Source of the DNA: Candidatus Poseidoniaceae archaeon
GTDB lineage: Archaea > Thermoplasmatota > Poseidoniia > Poseidoniales > Poseidoniaceae
Direction: 5' to 3'
Assembly: GCA_965662895.1 (NCBI GenBank)
Contig: CBFIJH010000011.1
Span: 9,920 to 73,919 of the forward strand
Length of the DNA stretch: 64,000 nucleotides
Below are positions 1-9,812 of the stretch, in pieces. A program made the translations under genes and the position numbers. Positions within the stretch are counted from its first letter, which is position 1. Every line of letters begins with the position of its first letter. The notes beneath the pieces were generated by a model, which saw nothing but the letters and a program-made list of their open reading frames with translations, was not told the origin of the DNA and searched no databases.

Positions 1-89
1 ACTCATCGCATGAATCAGGGTGAAAACAACCAGTTCGGAACGTGATGAATATTGGCAACGTTCATGACATACCTTGTCGTGGTCAACGC

Positions 90-1178
90 ATGACAGGAGG
101 CAGTTGGACACATCTTCGAGATGATGAAGATGGTTTGACAGCAGTCATAGAATTCCTCTCGGCGTTCACATTGTTCCTCATGATTCTGACTGCGTTTATG
201 TCGCTCGCCCAACTCGAGATGGGCTCGAATGATACTGAAATCGATCAAGTTGACCAGGCGGTTGTGTCAGGGCTCGATCGTTTAACAAGCAACTCTGGAT
301 GGTTTGTACCGAGTGACGGAAACGAAGGTTACGATTATTCCAACTCGACAGAGGACTGGCATTTGCAATCAGCAGAAGCACTGGAGAAGGGTCGGGTTCA
401 GACCGGTTTAATGCTGAACAACCAACTGGACATGAATCGAGTTTCTGCGCTCTCCAATGTTACATTGACGAGTTTCTCGAACGGTCTTGGATTGGATGAG
501 GGCATGACTGCCTTTTTGCGAATTTCTATCCACGCATCCAACGACGAGGATCGTATGGGGGTGAATCTTTTCGAGGGCGGTGCAAGTTTGAACACTGCTC
601 GAATGGCCTCGACGGCGTCAAGTACGGTTCGCATGGGCTCGGAGCTGGCTCTCGTCACGCTTGAAGTGCATGATGCTGGACGAACAAATGAAAACCTCAT
701 TCTCACGGAGGTCATGGCAAGACCAGTCAGCGGCGGACCTGAATGGGTTGAAATTTACAACGATAACGCATTCGCAACAAGCCTTTACGGCTGGTCGGTT
801 AATGCAACTTCCGTTTCAACCTCCAACGAAATACTTCTTCAAGGCGGTGTTCTGCAAGGATATTCTGTTGGAATCTTCACAGGTTCGATAACTTCGCAAG
901 AGAACGGGAATGCTTCTCAAATCTTTGACTTGGGTCAGTACGGTTTGCTTGGTACAGGCTCCATGAATCTTCTTGATGATGGTGCTGGAACGGTTGCACT
1001 AAAGTTTACTCGCCCAGGTCAAATTACCCCAATCACTGTATCCATCGCTGAATGGGGTGGACAAACCGGCCTGCTCATGGGATTGAATCAGGTCATCGTT
1101 TGGGAGGGTGGAAGTACAACATCTTCCACGTCATGGTCGGTTCAATCAAACCCCACGCCTGGCGATGTGTTCTTCTGA
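90..1178 (+). CDS. Archaeal type IV pilin-like protein (class III signal peptide) with C-terminal lamin-tail domain (LTD)
   Basis: N-terminus RDDEDG|LTAVIEFLSAFTLFLMILTAF (charged leader, G, hydrophobic helix). C-terminal LILTEVMARP..GPEWVEIYN...PTPG is the LTD signature. ATG at 90 preferred over 42. Confidence 0.65.
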   Translation: MTGGSWTHLRDDEDGLTAVIEFLSAFTLFLMILTAFMSLAQLEMGSNDTEIDQVDQAVVSGLDRLTSNSGWFVPSDGNEGYDYSNSTEDWHLQSAEALEKGRVQTGLMLNNQLDMNRVSALSNVTLTSFSNGLGLDEGMTAFLRISIHASNDEDRMGVNLFEGGASLNTARMASTASSTVRMGSELALVTLEVHDAGRTNENLILTEVMARPVSGGPEWVEIYNDNAFATSLYGWSVNATSVSTSNEILLQGGVLQGYSVGIFTGSITSQENGNASQIFDLGQYGLLGTGSMNLLDDGAGTVALKFTRPGQITPITVSIAEWGGQTGLLMGLNQVIVWEGGSTTSSTSWSVQSNPTPGDVFF

Positions 1179-1193
1179 ACCATCAAATGCTTC

Positions 1194-2009
1194 ATGAACT
1201 CGATGCAACTGGGTCAAACGATAGCCGTGCAAGCCGCATCCACATATTCCAGAGACCGCTGTGTGACCGGCATCCATGGTCTCGATGAGATTCTTCGTGG
1301 CGGCATCCCGTACGGTTCAACAGTGCTTGCATCCGGAACCTGCGGTTCTGGAAAGACAACGCTTGGTATGGAATTCCTTGTTCGAGGCGCACTTGCTGGT
1401 GAAGCATGTGCGCACTTTACAGCGACTGAACCCTCGGTGAAATTGCTTGAAAATATCCGTCAATACGCCTTTTTCGATATGAATATGGTTGACACTGGAT
1501 TGATCAACGTTTTTGACATGGACGTTTTGTACTCTTGGCTCGGTTTGGACAAATCAACATTTGATTTGGACGACGTCCATGCATTGATTAAATCCATTAC
1601 GGACATCGTCAATACGATTGGTGTTACTCGCCTCGTCATCGATTCGGTTACGACGCTGTGTTACAAAATCAAATCCGAACAATTGATTCGAGATTTCCTG
1701 TTCACGCTCGGGAAAAAACTCGCAACATTGGGTTGCACAACCATCCTCATCTCAGAAATTACATCCGCAACAGAAAACGCTCACTGGTCGTCGTTCGGTG
1801 TTGAAGAAGCAATTGCAGACGGCATTGTCGTGATGGGTGATGTCGAGCGTATGGGCCATTTGTTGCGATTTCTTCAAGTTGTCAAGATGCGTGGTACTGC
1901 GCACAGTCGTGCGAAACATGCCATCGAACTCACACCCCTCGGTGTTATGTTAACGCCGATGCTGAAGTGGGGTGCTCAAAGTGATAAAACAACGAAGTGG
2001 GGTGCTTGA
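1194..2009 (+). CDS. KaiC/RAD55-like RecA-superfamily ATPase (single domain)
   Basis: TGIHGLDEILRGG, Walker A GTCGSGKT, LVIDS, GVEEAIADG, VVKMRGTAH. Confidence 0.9.
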   Translation: MNSMQLGQTIAVQAASTYSRDRCVTGIHGLDEILRGGIPYGSTVLASGTCGSGKTTLGMEFLVRGALAGEACAHFTATEPSVKLLENIRQYAFFDMNMVDTGLINVFDMDVLYSWLGLDKSTFDLDDVHALIKSITDIVNTIGVTRLVIDSVTTLCYKIKSEQLIRDFLFTLGKKLATLGCTTILISEITSATENAHWSSFGVEEAIADGIVVMGDVERMGHLLRFLQVVKMRGTAHSRAKHAIELTPLGVMLTPMLKWGAQSDKTTKWGA

Positions 2010-2011
2010 TT

Positions 2012-2596
2012 ATGTTTGAGCTCGATCAACGAATTGCAGAGCAACTGTCGACCATCTCGCTCAACAGTTCAGTGCAAGTCCGGTGTGGAAATTCAAATGC
2101 CTTCATGGTTACTGCAAGCACAATGCTCCCGCTTATGCAGATGTTTGAGATGGGAGGAGTCTACATCTCTGCGAGTCGAGGGGCAGTTGAAATCATTCAG
2201 GCATTCGAATCCATCGGCGTTGATGTTTCCAACATTCAATTCATTGATTTGGTTTCTTCAGGTATCCTAGGCGGAACCGATGTCACCTACCCAAACATCC
2301 ATTTTGTCGATAGCCCGATTATGCTCGAATCCGTCCTGCTACGCACACTCTATATTTTGCGAACGACAACAACGCAGCGAAATTTTGTTTTCTTGGACAG
2401 CGTGAACGCACTGGCAATTTACAATGAGGACCGAATGCTTGCCGAGTATCTGCACACGTTCATCAACACGTTTCGACAGCGTGAGGTTCTTTCAGTTATT
2501 CTCAATGTACCGGATCAAACGCCTCCTCTCGTTCTTTCGAATCTTGACCTGTACTGTACAGATTTGGTTGACCGTGGACAGGTTGTCATTCATTGA
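2012..2596 (+). CDS. Inactive KaiC-derived (DUF835/FlaH-like) domain protein
   Basis: GVYISASR, FIDLVS, VFLDSVNALAIYN; no Walker A; lies between two KaiC-like genes. Confidence 0.65.
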   Translation: MFELDQRIAEQLSTISLNSSVQVRCGNSNAFMVTASTMLPLMQMFEMGGVYISASRGAVEIIQAFESIGVDVSNIQFIDLVSSGILGGTDVTYPNIHFVDSPIMLESVLLRTLYILRTTTTQRNFVFLDSVNALAIYNEDRMLAEYLHTFINTFRQREVLSVILNVPDQTPPLVLSNLDLYCTDLVDRGQVVIH

Positions 2597-2609
2597 TGGA
2601 GTGGAAAGC

Positions 2610-3413
2610 ATGCGAAAGAACATCACATTCGATAAAGACGATGAAGAATTCTTTGGGCAAGTTGGCTCATTCGGCGTTCCGAAATTCGACAACGAGATGC
2701 GCGGCGGTGTTCCTCGAGGTTTTACCATGGTCGCGTTTACTGAAACAGGGTCAGGAGCAGAACTTTTTGCGAAACAATTCGTCTCACCTGCTGAAGAATC
2801 CGAGAACACACTTTACATTTCAACAAACGAAGCCCAACCAGAAATTGTTCGTGTTTTTCAAAAGTACAGTTGGCCACTCGACATCAATGTCCGAACAATT
2901 GGTGAAGAATACAATGCGAACGTCTTGGAGCGCGAACTTCTCGCTAGTCGCTACCGGCTTGAAGGATTCCGACTTGAAGACATCCAACGGCTTGCACAAA
3001 CACGTTTCGTTGAGGATTCAACACAGGATTATCTCACAGAAGTGACGAACGAGATCATGGCGCTTGGGCCATATTTCAGAGCGGGAATCGATAGTCTGGA
3101 TTTCTTCCTACAACGAGACGATCCAGGTCGAGTTGTTGCAATGATTCGAATGCTTCAAGCACACACACAAATGTATCGTGGTCTGTTGTTGATTATGGTC
3201 TCAGTCAATGGTTTACCAGCTTCAGTACGCCAAGAACTTTCAAGCATTGCTGACATGGTCCTCACGTTTGGTGTACGAACCATTGGTTCGGATTTTGAAA
3301 CCTCAATGATCGTATCGAAATTCCGAAACGCTCCTGAAAATCTCAAAATGCTGGTCTTCCGTGTTACGCCAGAAGAAGGAATTACGCCAGAAACCGTCGA
3401 ACGTATCGCTTGA
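2610..3413 (+). CDS. KaiC/RAD55-like protein with degenerate Walker A
   Basis: FGVPKFDNEMRGGVPRG, TETGSGAELF (no Lys), GIDSLD, VSKFRN; ATG 2610 follows GGAG. Confidence 0.8.
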   Translation: MRKNITFDKDDEEFFGQVGSFGVPKFDNEMRGGVPRGFTMVAFTETGSGAELFAKQFVSPAEESENTLYISTNEAQPEIVRVFQKYSWPLDINVRTIGEEYNANVLERELLASRYRLEGFRLEDIQRLAQTRFVEDSTQDYLTEVTNEIMALGPYFRAGIDSLDFFLQRDDPGRVVAMIRMLQAHTQMYRGLLLIMVSVNGLPASVRQELSSIADMVLTFGVRTIGSDFETSMIVSKFRNAPENLKMLVFRVTPEEGITPETVERIA

Positions 3414-3468
3414 TGTGTTTTGTGGACGAAGCGACACGTCCAAAGAGGGCGAATGTTGGGGTTGAATC

Positions 3469-4212
3469 ATGTCGAAGCGGGCAGCGACGGGTGGTTACGA
3501 CCCATCAGGAATTGATTTGGACGCTTGGACCGAATTGGAAGAGCAACTTGAAGCAACCATTCCAAATTACGATCGTGTCAATCGATTGATGACTTTTGGA
3601 CAAGATAAGCGATGGCGTCGAAACGTTCGCAATCATGCAACGAAGGGGATGAAGGTTCTCGAGGTTGGTTGTGGCCCTGGAAGTTTTGCAGAAGATCTCG
3701 TCGGTCTTGATGTGACCTGCCTCGACCCTTCCGAAGCGATGCTCAAAGTTGCAAAGAAACGGGTTGATGGCGCTCGAGCATCACGTGGAGAGGCTCCAGC
3801 AGCCTACGTTCAAGCGCTCGCCGAAGACATTCCGCTTGAGGATAATTCGTTTGATATGGTCTTCTGTCTGTTTTCTTTTCGTGATTTTCAAGACAAAAAG
3901 AAAGGATTAGAGGAAATCTTTCGCGTCTTGAAACCTGGTGGCCAACTGGTGATGTGTGACGCTGGAAAGGCGAACTATCTCCATGGTCTCACTGGCAGAA
4001 TTTGGATGAGCACTGTGGTTCAATGGATGGCTCGATGGGTGACAAAAAGCAAGGATCATCCCTGGAAAGGCTTAGCTCGATCCTACACACATTACGGTAC
4101 CAACAAATACTACAGAAATATGATGAAAGATGTAGGTTTTCAGGAAGTGTCCGGCCGGCTTCTCTATCCATTCATGATGTCGAGCCGATTCCGTGGACGA
4201 AAACCCCTGTAG
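3469..4212 (+). CDS. UbiE/MenG-family SAM-dependent methyltransferase
   Basis: YDRVNRLMTFGQDKRWR, VLEVGCGPG, DNSFD, RVLKPGG. Confidence 0.85.
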   Translation: MSKRAATGGYDPSGIDLDAWTELEEQLEATIPNYDRVNRLMTFGQDKRWRRNVRNHATKGMKVLEVGCGPGSFAEDLVGLDVTCLDPSEAMLKVAKKRVDGARASRGEAPAAYVQALAEDIPLEDNSFDMVFCLFSFRDFQDKKKGLEEIFRVLKPGGQLVMCDAGKANYLHGLTGRIWMSTVVQWMARWVTKSKDHPWKGLARSYTHYGTNKYYRNMMKDVGFQEVSGRLLYPFMMSSRFRGRKPL

Positions 4213-4446
4213 TTGTGGCATGACTCCTTCCTCGACACAGGAAAGCCGCGTGAAGGGGGACACTTTTACAAGAAACAAAGCATCTATTCTATTCTGAAGT
4301 GACAGAAGATTGTATGAGGGAACATTGAATATCTAGCGAAAAGTGTCGATAATTACGTAGGGAACGAGAGATAGTTGGAACGACTGTCTCCTCCCAAAGT
4401 ACAATACGCAGCGACACCCCATATCTGTGTCAGGGAGAAGGATTCG

Positions 4447-5184
4447 ATGAAAAAAATATTGAAGCGGATCTTGCCTCGAAAAGTACGACACTTTTTGCAT
4501 ACATTCTCATTGGTCAAAATAGCCACTGAACCATTTCGAGAAAGAGAGTGCAATATTTGCAATTATGAAGGTTATTTCTCCGTTATTGGCCGCCCCCTTC
4601 GACTCGACGCGCTCTGTCCAAAGTGTCATTCATTGGAACGGCACAGGCTACTGATTCTTGCTGTGCAAAGAGGCGATATTCCCCAGCTCGAAAACGACAA
4701 TTCCGCAGTTCTGCATTTTGCTCCTGAATCCAGTTTGGAGCAGGTTTTCAGAGGTCGGTTCAAGAAATATGTCACTGCAGACTTTTATCAGGATGCTGAT
4801 CTTAAACTCGATATGGAAAGCATCGATTTAGGAGATAAGCAATTTGATGTTATCGTTGCGAATCATGTTCTTGAACACGTGGATGACAAAAAAGCGTCAA
4901 GAGAATTATCGCGTGTTCTTGTTGATGGTGGGATTTTGGTATGCCAAGTTCCAATCATTGAAGGATGGAAGTCGACCTATGAAAACAATTCGATAACCTC
5001 GGATGAAGAACGATGTTTGCATTTTGGACAAGGCGATCACGTCCGATACTATGGTGAAGATTTCCGAGAAAGAATAAGTGCTGGTGGGTTTAAACTAATC
5101 AACGAATTTACGGCTGAGGGTGAAGACGTCATTCGTTACGGGCTTTACCGGGGCGAGAAGACGTTCGTTTTCCAAAAGGTTTGA
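4447..5184 (+). CDS. Class I SAM-dependent methyltransferase, bacterial-like, with N-terminal CxxC..CxxC
   Basis: CNIC..CPKCHSLERHR, VLHFAPE, FDVIVANHVLEHV, HFGQGDHVRYYG; AT-richer flanks. Confidence 0.8.
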   Translation: MKKILKRILPRKVRHFLHTFSLVKIATEPFRERECNICNYEGYFSVIGRPLRLDALCPKCHSLERHRLLILAVQRGDIPQLENDNSAVLHFAPESSLEQVFRGRFKKYVTADFYQDADLKLDMESIDLGDKQFDVIVANHVLEHVDDKKASRELSRVLVDGGILVCQVPIIEGWKSTYENNSITSDEERCLHFGQGDHVRYYGEDFRERISAGGFKLINEFTAEGEDVIRYGLYRGEKTFVFQKV

Positions 5185-5418
5185 TCAGGCTGTTTGGAGT
5201 AACAAAGCATTTTTCACTTTTCTTAAGGCGTAAAAATTATTCAAAAGCCTCTGGAGATGGGAAGCTTCAAGAAACGCCGCAGCAATCGAAGCACAGGTTC
5301 ACGGTGTATGTCTATTTCAACGGCATATACTGCAACAACAGCCACAAAGATTCTTTGAACGAAGGACTCCATTAGCCTCATAAACCCCCTTCTTGTCGAC
5401 TTTTTCATAGTGGTTGTC

Positions 5419-5736
5419 ATGGGTATGGAAAAAGTCCTCCAAAGCATCAAAAAAGCAGAGCAGGCTGCTGAACAGACGCTCGCTGATGCACAATCCGAAT
5501 CAAGCCGCATCCTAAGCGATGCTCGTCGTGATGCTGCTGAAATCGTTGCGAAGGCAGCCGAGGAAGCGCAAGCATCTACCCAATCCACACTAGATTCGGC
5601 AAAAGACGCCGCAATGAAGGACGTGAAATCTGTTCAGAAAAAAGGCGCTAAGGACGTTGAGTCAATTGAATCAGGTGCTGGTTCCAAACAAGATGCTGCT
5701 GTTGCACTTATCGTCGAGAAGTTGCTCAATCAATGA
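5419..5736 (+). CDS. atpH: A1Ao ATP synthase subunit H (peripheral stalk, G-like)
   Basis: Ala/Glu/Lys coiled coil (LQSIKKAEQAAE); first gene of the operon. Confidence 0.8.
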   Translation: MGMEKVLQSIKKAEQAAEQTLADAQSESSRILSDARRDAAEIVAKAAEEAQASTQSTLDSAKDAAMKDVKSVQKKGAKDVESIESGAGSKQDAAVALIVEKLLNQ

Positions 5737-5745
5737 GGTGATACT

Positions 5746-7803
5746 ATGTTCTCGACGGTACCAATGTCACGATTGACGTTAGCAGCACCTGTTGACGTCA
5801 TGGCTGATGTTGTCCGAGCATGCTCTGACTTGGGCTGCGTGCACATCGAAGACTACACACAATTCGAAGAGGGCATCGGAGTTGGGCATGCGATTCAGAA
5901 CGACGATGCAAATCAGATTAGTGCAATGCTCGTGAAAGCTCGGTCGGTTCGATCAACCCTCTCTGTTTTCAATTCCAAAGGACCTGTATCTGCTCAATCT
6001 GCAAAGGCCCTCTCGATGAAGTTTGAGGAAGAACTCGACAACGCCCTCGCTTTGATTGAAACCGCTCGAGAAGCCGAGTCGGAAATCGCAACGCTATCGG
6101 ATCAGGCTCGGATTTACGAGAAACTCGCCCCTCTCAACATCTCACTCGATCTCCTTTCAGGTTACTCTGGTCTCGAGGTTTATGTTGCAGAGACAGCCAA
6201 TTCATCAAAGGCATCAAAGGTTTTTGCAGATATCAAAAACGACATTGAATTCATAGCGCCAGCAGGACTGGTTGCCGTTGCTTGCGCTCCGAACATGGCA
6301 GCAGAAGTCCAGATTGCACTTGCTGAACTTAACGCAAAAGCAATTCAGTTGCCGTCGGGCGAAGGAAAGCCACAACAGCGTGCCAAAGAAGCCAGAGATT
6401 CGATTGCAAAAGCCGAGCAAAAAATCGAATCGGCCAACAAGAAACTCGATGCGTGGGCAAAAAAGCATGGATCTGATCTGGTCATCGTTGAAGAATACCT
6501 CCAGCGCGAGGATGCAATCTTTACTTCTCCAACTTCACTCGCCGTCTCCAACCAAGCCTTTGCACTCGATGCATGGATACCGACCGAGAATTCTGAAAAA
6601 GCACGCTCTGGTCTGAAAAACTTGGTTTCACACCTCGAAATCGAAGAGCACGTCGACGACCATCATCACCACGATGGCCACGACGATCATCATGCAGAAC
6701 CAGAACCTCCAATCGCTTATCAGAACGGAAGCACCGCTGAGCCGTTCGAACTCGTTGTTGACCTCGTCGGCCGGCCGAAGTATGGCACCTTCGAGCCGAC
6801 AACACTGATTATGATCACACTCCCTCTTCTCTACGGACTGATTCTCGGTGACTTTGGGTACGGATTTGTCATCGTTTTGCTTGCCCTTTGGCTTCGTTCT
6901 CTCCCGTTCGCTAAGGAACCCATGGGCAAAAATGCAACAACCGTCCTCTTATGGATGGGCATTTGGTGTATGTTTTGGGGCTTTTTGTTTGCAGAAGGCT
7001 TTGGCTTCATTTGGGATGGTACGGGTCACGTGATGGGCGATTCATCCCCTTTGATTCCATTCTATGAGTGGACACAAGACCTAACGTATTCCTTCAAGAA
7101 GAGCGATATTGGAAAAGCGCTTGGTTTGACGCATACTTATGTTCCTTTCCATCGAGCCGATAGCGCCCTCACCGACTACGTTCTTGTATCGGTCTATGTT
7201 GGTGTTTTGCACCTCTTCGTGGGATTCGTTATCGGGTTCTTCAATGTCATGAAAGGTCACGGAATCGTCGCAGCATTCTTCGAGAAGGGAAGCTGGCTCA
7301 TGATTCTGGTTGGCGGATTCCTCCACATCTACGGGTTCATGAAGGGGAACAACGATGTCCTTGAAGGAACAATTCCTGGATTGATTGTTCTCCTCGGAAT
7401 TGTCGTGCTCATTATTGCCCTCGCAGTGTTTGAAGGCTTTGGGTGGGGCGGTGGCATCATCATGGGGCCAATCGAAACATTCGGACTTCTTGCAAACACG
7501 CTTTCTTACTTGCGAATTATGGCCGTTGGAGTTGCAGGTGTGAAAATTGCCGAAATCAGCAACAATATGGGCTTTGCATCCATGAGGGATGCACTTTCTG
7601 CAGGCGATTTCGCCCTCGTCCCAATTTTCTTCATTCTTTGGATCGGCATTCAAGTATTTGCAATTGCCCTCGGTCTACTCTCACCAAGCATTCACGCAGC
7701 CCGTCTCCACTTTGTGGAATGGATGGGCAAGTTTTACGATGGCTCCGGCAGGGTCTTTTCCCCGCTGGGTGGCCAACCTCTCCACGTGGAGGGGAAAGCA
7801 TAG
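5746..7803 (+). CDS. atpI: A1Ao ATP synthase subunit I (a)
   Basis: PKYGTFEPT, GDFGYG, LSYLRIMAVG, RLHFVEWMGKFY; GAGGTGA RBS. Confidence 0.97.
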   Translation: MFSTVPMSRLTLAAPVDVMADVVRACSDLGCVHIEDYTQFEEGIGVGHAIQNDDANQISAMLVKARSVRSTLSVFNSKGPVSAQSAKALSMKFEEELDNALALIETAREAESEIATLSDQARIYEKLAPLNISLDLLSGYSGLEVYVAETANSSKASKVFADIKNDIEFIAPAGLVAVACAPNMAAEVQIALAELNAKAIQLPSGEGKPQQRAKEARDSIAKAEQKIESANKKLDAWAKKHGSDLVIVEEYLQREDAIFTSPTSLAVSNQAFALDAWIPTENSEKARSGLKNLVSHLEIEEHVDDHHHHDGHDDHHAEPEPPIAYQNGSTAEPFELVVDLVGRPKYGTFEPTTLIMITLPLLYGLILGDFGYGFVIVLLALWLRSLPFAKEPMGKNATTVLLWMGIWCMFWGFLFAEGFGFIWDGTGHVMGDSSPLIPFYEWTQDLTYSFKKSDIGKALGLTHTYVPFHRADSALTDYVLVSVYVGVLHLFVGFVIGFFNVMKGHGIVAAFFEKGSWLMILVGGFLHIYGFMKGNNDVLEGTIPGLIVLLGIVVLIIALAVFEGFGWGGGIIMGPIETFGLLANTLSYLRIMAVGVAGVKIAEISNNMGFASMRDALSAGDFALVPIFFILWIGIQVFAIALGLLSPSIHAARLHFVEWMGKFYDGSGRVFSPLGGQPLHVEGKA

Positions 7804-7833
7804 TCCACTGGACATAAAATGGAGGTAGAAAAA

Positions 7834-8142
7834 ATGAACAAGAATACCCTAAAAACAAGCCTACGAATGATGATTGTACTTGGCGCACTTGTCCTGATTG
7901 CTCAGGGCGCTGCTGCAGCCAATGTCGATACAGATGGTAACTACGACGACTGGGCCAAGTACTTGGGAGCAGGTATTGCTCTCGGACTTGCAGCGGTTGG
8001 TGCTGGCCTTTCCCAGGCCGCAATCGGTAGCGCTGCTGTCGGTATGATTGCAGAAGACGGATCCAAATTCGGACCTGCACTCATCTTCACGGCTCTTCCT
8101 GAGTCGATTGTTATTCTCGGTGCATTGCCACTCTTCCTCTGA
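7834..8142 (+). CDS. atpK: A1Ao ATP synthase subunit K (c proteolipid) with N-terminal presequence
   Basis: GAGIALGLAAVGAGLSQAAIG...ALPESIVI; GGAGGT RBS at 7821. Confidence 0.95.
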   Translation: MNKNTLKTSLRMMIVLGALVLIAQGAAAANVDTDGNYDDWAKYLGAGIALGLAAVGAGLSQAAIGSAAVGMIAEDGSKFGPALIFTALPESIVILGALPLFL

Positions 8143-8192
8143 AGATTGGCTCCGAAACAGACCCGTTCTGTTGTACCGAAGGAGATGATATT

Positions 8193-8756
8193 ATGACACT
8201 TGAAACACTTGCGAAAGACATTGCAGCATCTGCTGAATCACAAGCGAAAGCAATGCTTAAAGAAGCGAAAGCAGAAGCAAAGACAATTGTCGAAGAAGCT
8301 GAAGCAAAGGCAGCATCCATCCGTGATGAAGCCCAAGCCCGTGCTGAGCGTGAAGCAGAGCAAATCTCTCAGGAGATGGTTGCGAGCGCTCGACAAGGGA
8401 ACCAGAAAGAACTGCTCATCGCTCGACGTAGCGTCCTTGATGCAACGTTGGATGCAGCAAAGTCACAACTCGCCGATCCGGGAATGAAAGGGCGTGCAAC
8501 GCTCCTTAAGTCCCTCCTCAAGCGAGCGAATGATGTTTCTGGAAAAGACTTCGTTCTTCGACCTGTCTCTGTCGATGTTGCTGCGTTGAAAAAAGAAGCA
8601 GGCTCTCGAACCATCGGAGAAGAAATCGATGGAATGGGCGGATTTATGATGGAAGCTGCAGATGGTTCGGTCTCGTACGACTTCCGATTTGAATCGCTTC
8701 TCAACCGCACATGGACTGAAGAGCGTGCAGCGATCAATGAAACACTGTTTGGATGA
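8193..8756 (+). CDS. atpE: A1Ao ATP synthase subunit E
   Basis: N-terminal coiled coil, GMGGFMM..DGSVSYDFRFE; operon position. Confidence 0.93.
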   Translation: MTLETLAKDIAASAESQAKAMLKEAKAEAKTIVEEAEAKAASIRDEAQARAEREAEQISQEMVASARQGNQKELLIARRSVLDATLDAAKSQLADPGMKGRATLLKSLLKRANDVSGKDFVLRPVSVDVAALKKEAGSRTIGEEIDGMGGFMMEAADGSVSYDFRFESLLNRTWTEERAAINETLFG

Positions 8757-8759
8757 GGG

Positions 8760-9803
8760 ATGAAGATGTTGTCAGGGAATGTACCTTATGTTGCATCACG
8801 AGCAAAGGCTCGTCGACAAGCACTGATGGACAAAGCCCGACTTCGTCAACTCATCAATCAATCGACCGAACAACTGATCAACACGGTTTCCGACAGTGGT
8901 TACCAAAGCGAAATCAACCTCTATGCTTCCAGATACACTGGCAGCGATCTTGTTGAAGCGGCACTGACGCACAATTTGGAGAACGAACTTGACAACATTC
9001 TGTCGCACTGTCGCGGAAAAGTTCGGAAAGTGGTTGAGATTTACTCAAGTCGCTATGAATATCAAAACGCAAAAGCGGTGTTACGAGCGGTTGCCAACGG
9101 TATCGAAGCAGAGAAACTTAGCAGAGACATTCTTCCAGATTTGAATGAAATCAACACACCGTGGATCAAGATTCTTGAAAGTTCGGAAGACCTTCGTTCA
9201 GCGGTGCAGCAGATGCGTCGCAAGTCGTTTGGATCCGCTTTGCTCAGTCTTCCTGAAGATGCTCGACTTGCGCACTATGAAGATGCGCTCGATCGACACT
9301 ACTTCGCAACCTCGCTCAAAGCGCTGTCGCACAGCAGCAACGATACACGATATCTTCGAAATATCCTCGGAACAGAAATCGACCATCGAAACATCCTCAA
9401 CATCCTTGAAGCATCCGCATTCGGTATACAAGGGAATGATTTGCTGGAAGAACTTCTTCCAGGTGGTCGTTTGTTACCGAAGCGTTCCCTGTCTGCTGTT
9501 GCAAACGGGGGTAGGGCTGCCATGCTCGATGTGTTGAGAGGCAATGCAAAATTCGACATTGCTGGTTTTGAAGAAGCCCTACAGAAGTCAGAGGCTGAGC
9601 GTTCTCTTGATTCGGTCGTAACTTGGTTGCAAGCAAGAGAATATGCGCAGATGCAAAAGATGAGCTACCTCCATCCTGTATCTGCGTTGCCCATCGTCTA
9701 CTACATTGCCATGAAGGTCAAGGAGGTCACAGATCTCCGTATGATTGTCCGTGGTCGTTTTGCAGGTTTGCCGCCTGAAATCCTAGAGGCTCACATTCTA
9801 TGA
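8760..9803 (+). CDS. atpC: A1Ao ATP synthase subunit C
   Basis: YVASRAKAR, EIDHRNI, EVTDLRMIVRG; operon position. Confidence 0.93.
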   Translation: MKMLSGNVPYVASRAKARRQALMDKARLRQLINQSTEQLINTVSDSGYQSEINLYASRYTGSDLVEAALTHNLENELDNILSHCRGKVRKVVEIYSSRYEYQNAKAVLRAVANGIEAEKLSRDILPDLNEINTPWIKILESSEDLRSAVQQMRRKSFGSALLSLPEDARLAHYEDALDRHYFATSLKALSHSSNDTRYLRNILGTEIDHRNILNILEASAFGIQGNDLLEELLPGGRLLPKRSLSAVANGGRAAMLDVLRGNAKFDIAGFEEALQKSEAERSLDSVVTWLQAREYAQMQKMSYLHPVSALPIVYYIAMKVKEVTDLRMIVRGRFAGLPPEILEAHIL

Positions 9804-9812
9804 GGTGAAAAC

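Noticed and set aside
1194-3413. KaiC-like genes considered as a circadian clock
   Set aside because: Single-domain proteins with no KaiA or KaiB; typical archaeal KaiC-like signalling ATPases.
4222-4262. Possible stem-loop (CCTTC...GAAGG) after the ubiE-like gene
   Set aside because: Stem is short and imperfect; no tRNA or riboswitch features.
5241-5381. 46-aa minus-strand ORF (MRLMESFVQR...) divergent from atpH
   Set aside because: Short, with no motif or clear RBS; cannot be supported without homology, though it may be a small gene or remnant.
7803-7826. GTCCACTGGAC..GGAGGT, superficially ORB-like palindrome
   Set aside because: Single copy in a 30-bp gap inside the ATP synthase operon; the G-rich part is the atpK RBS.
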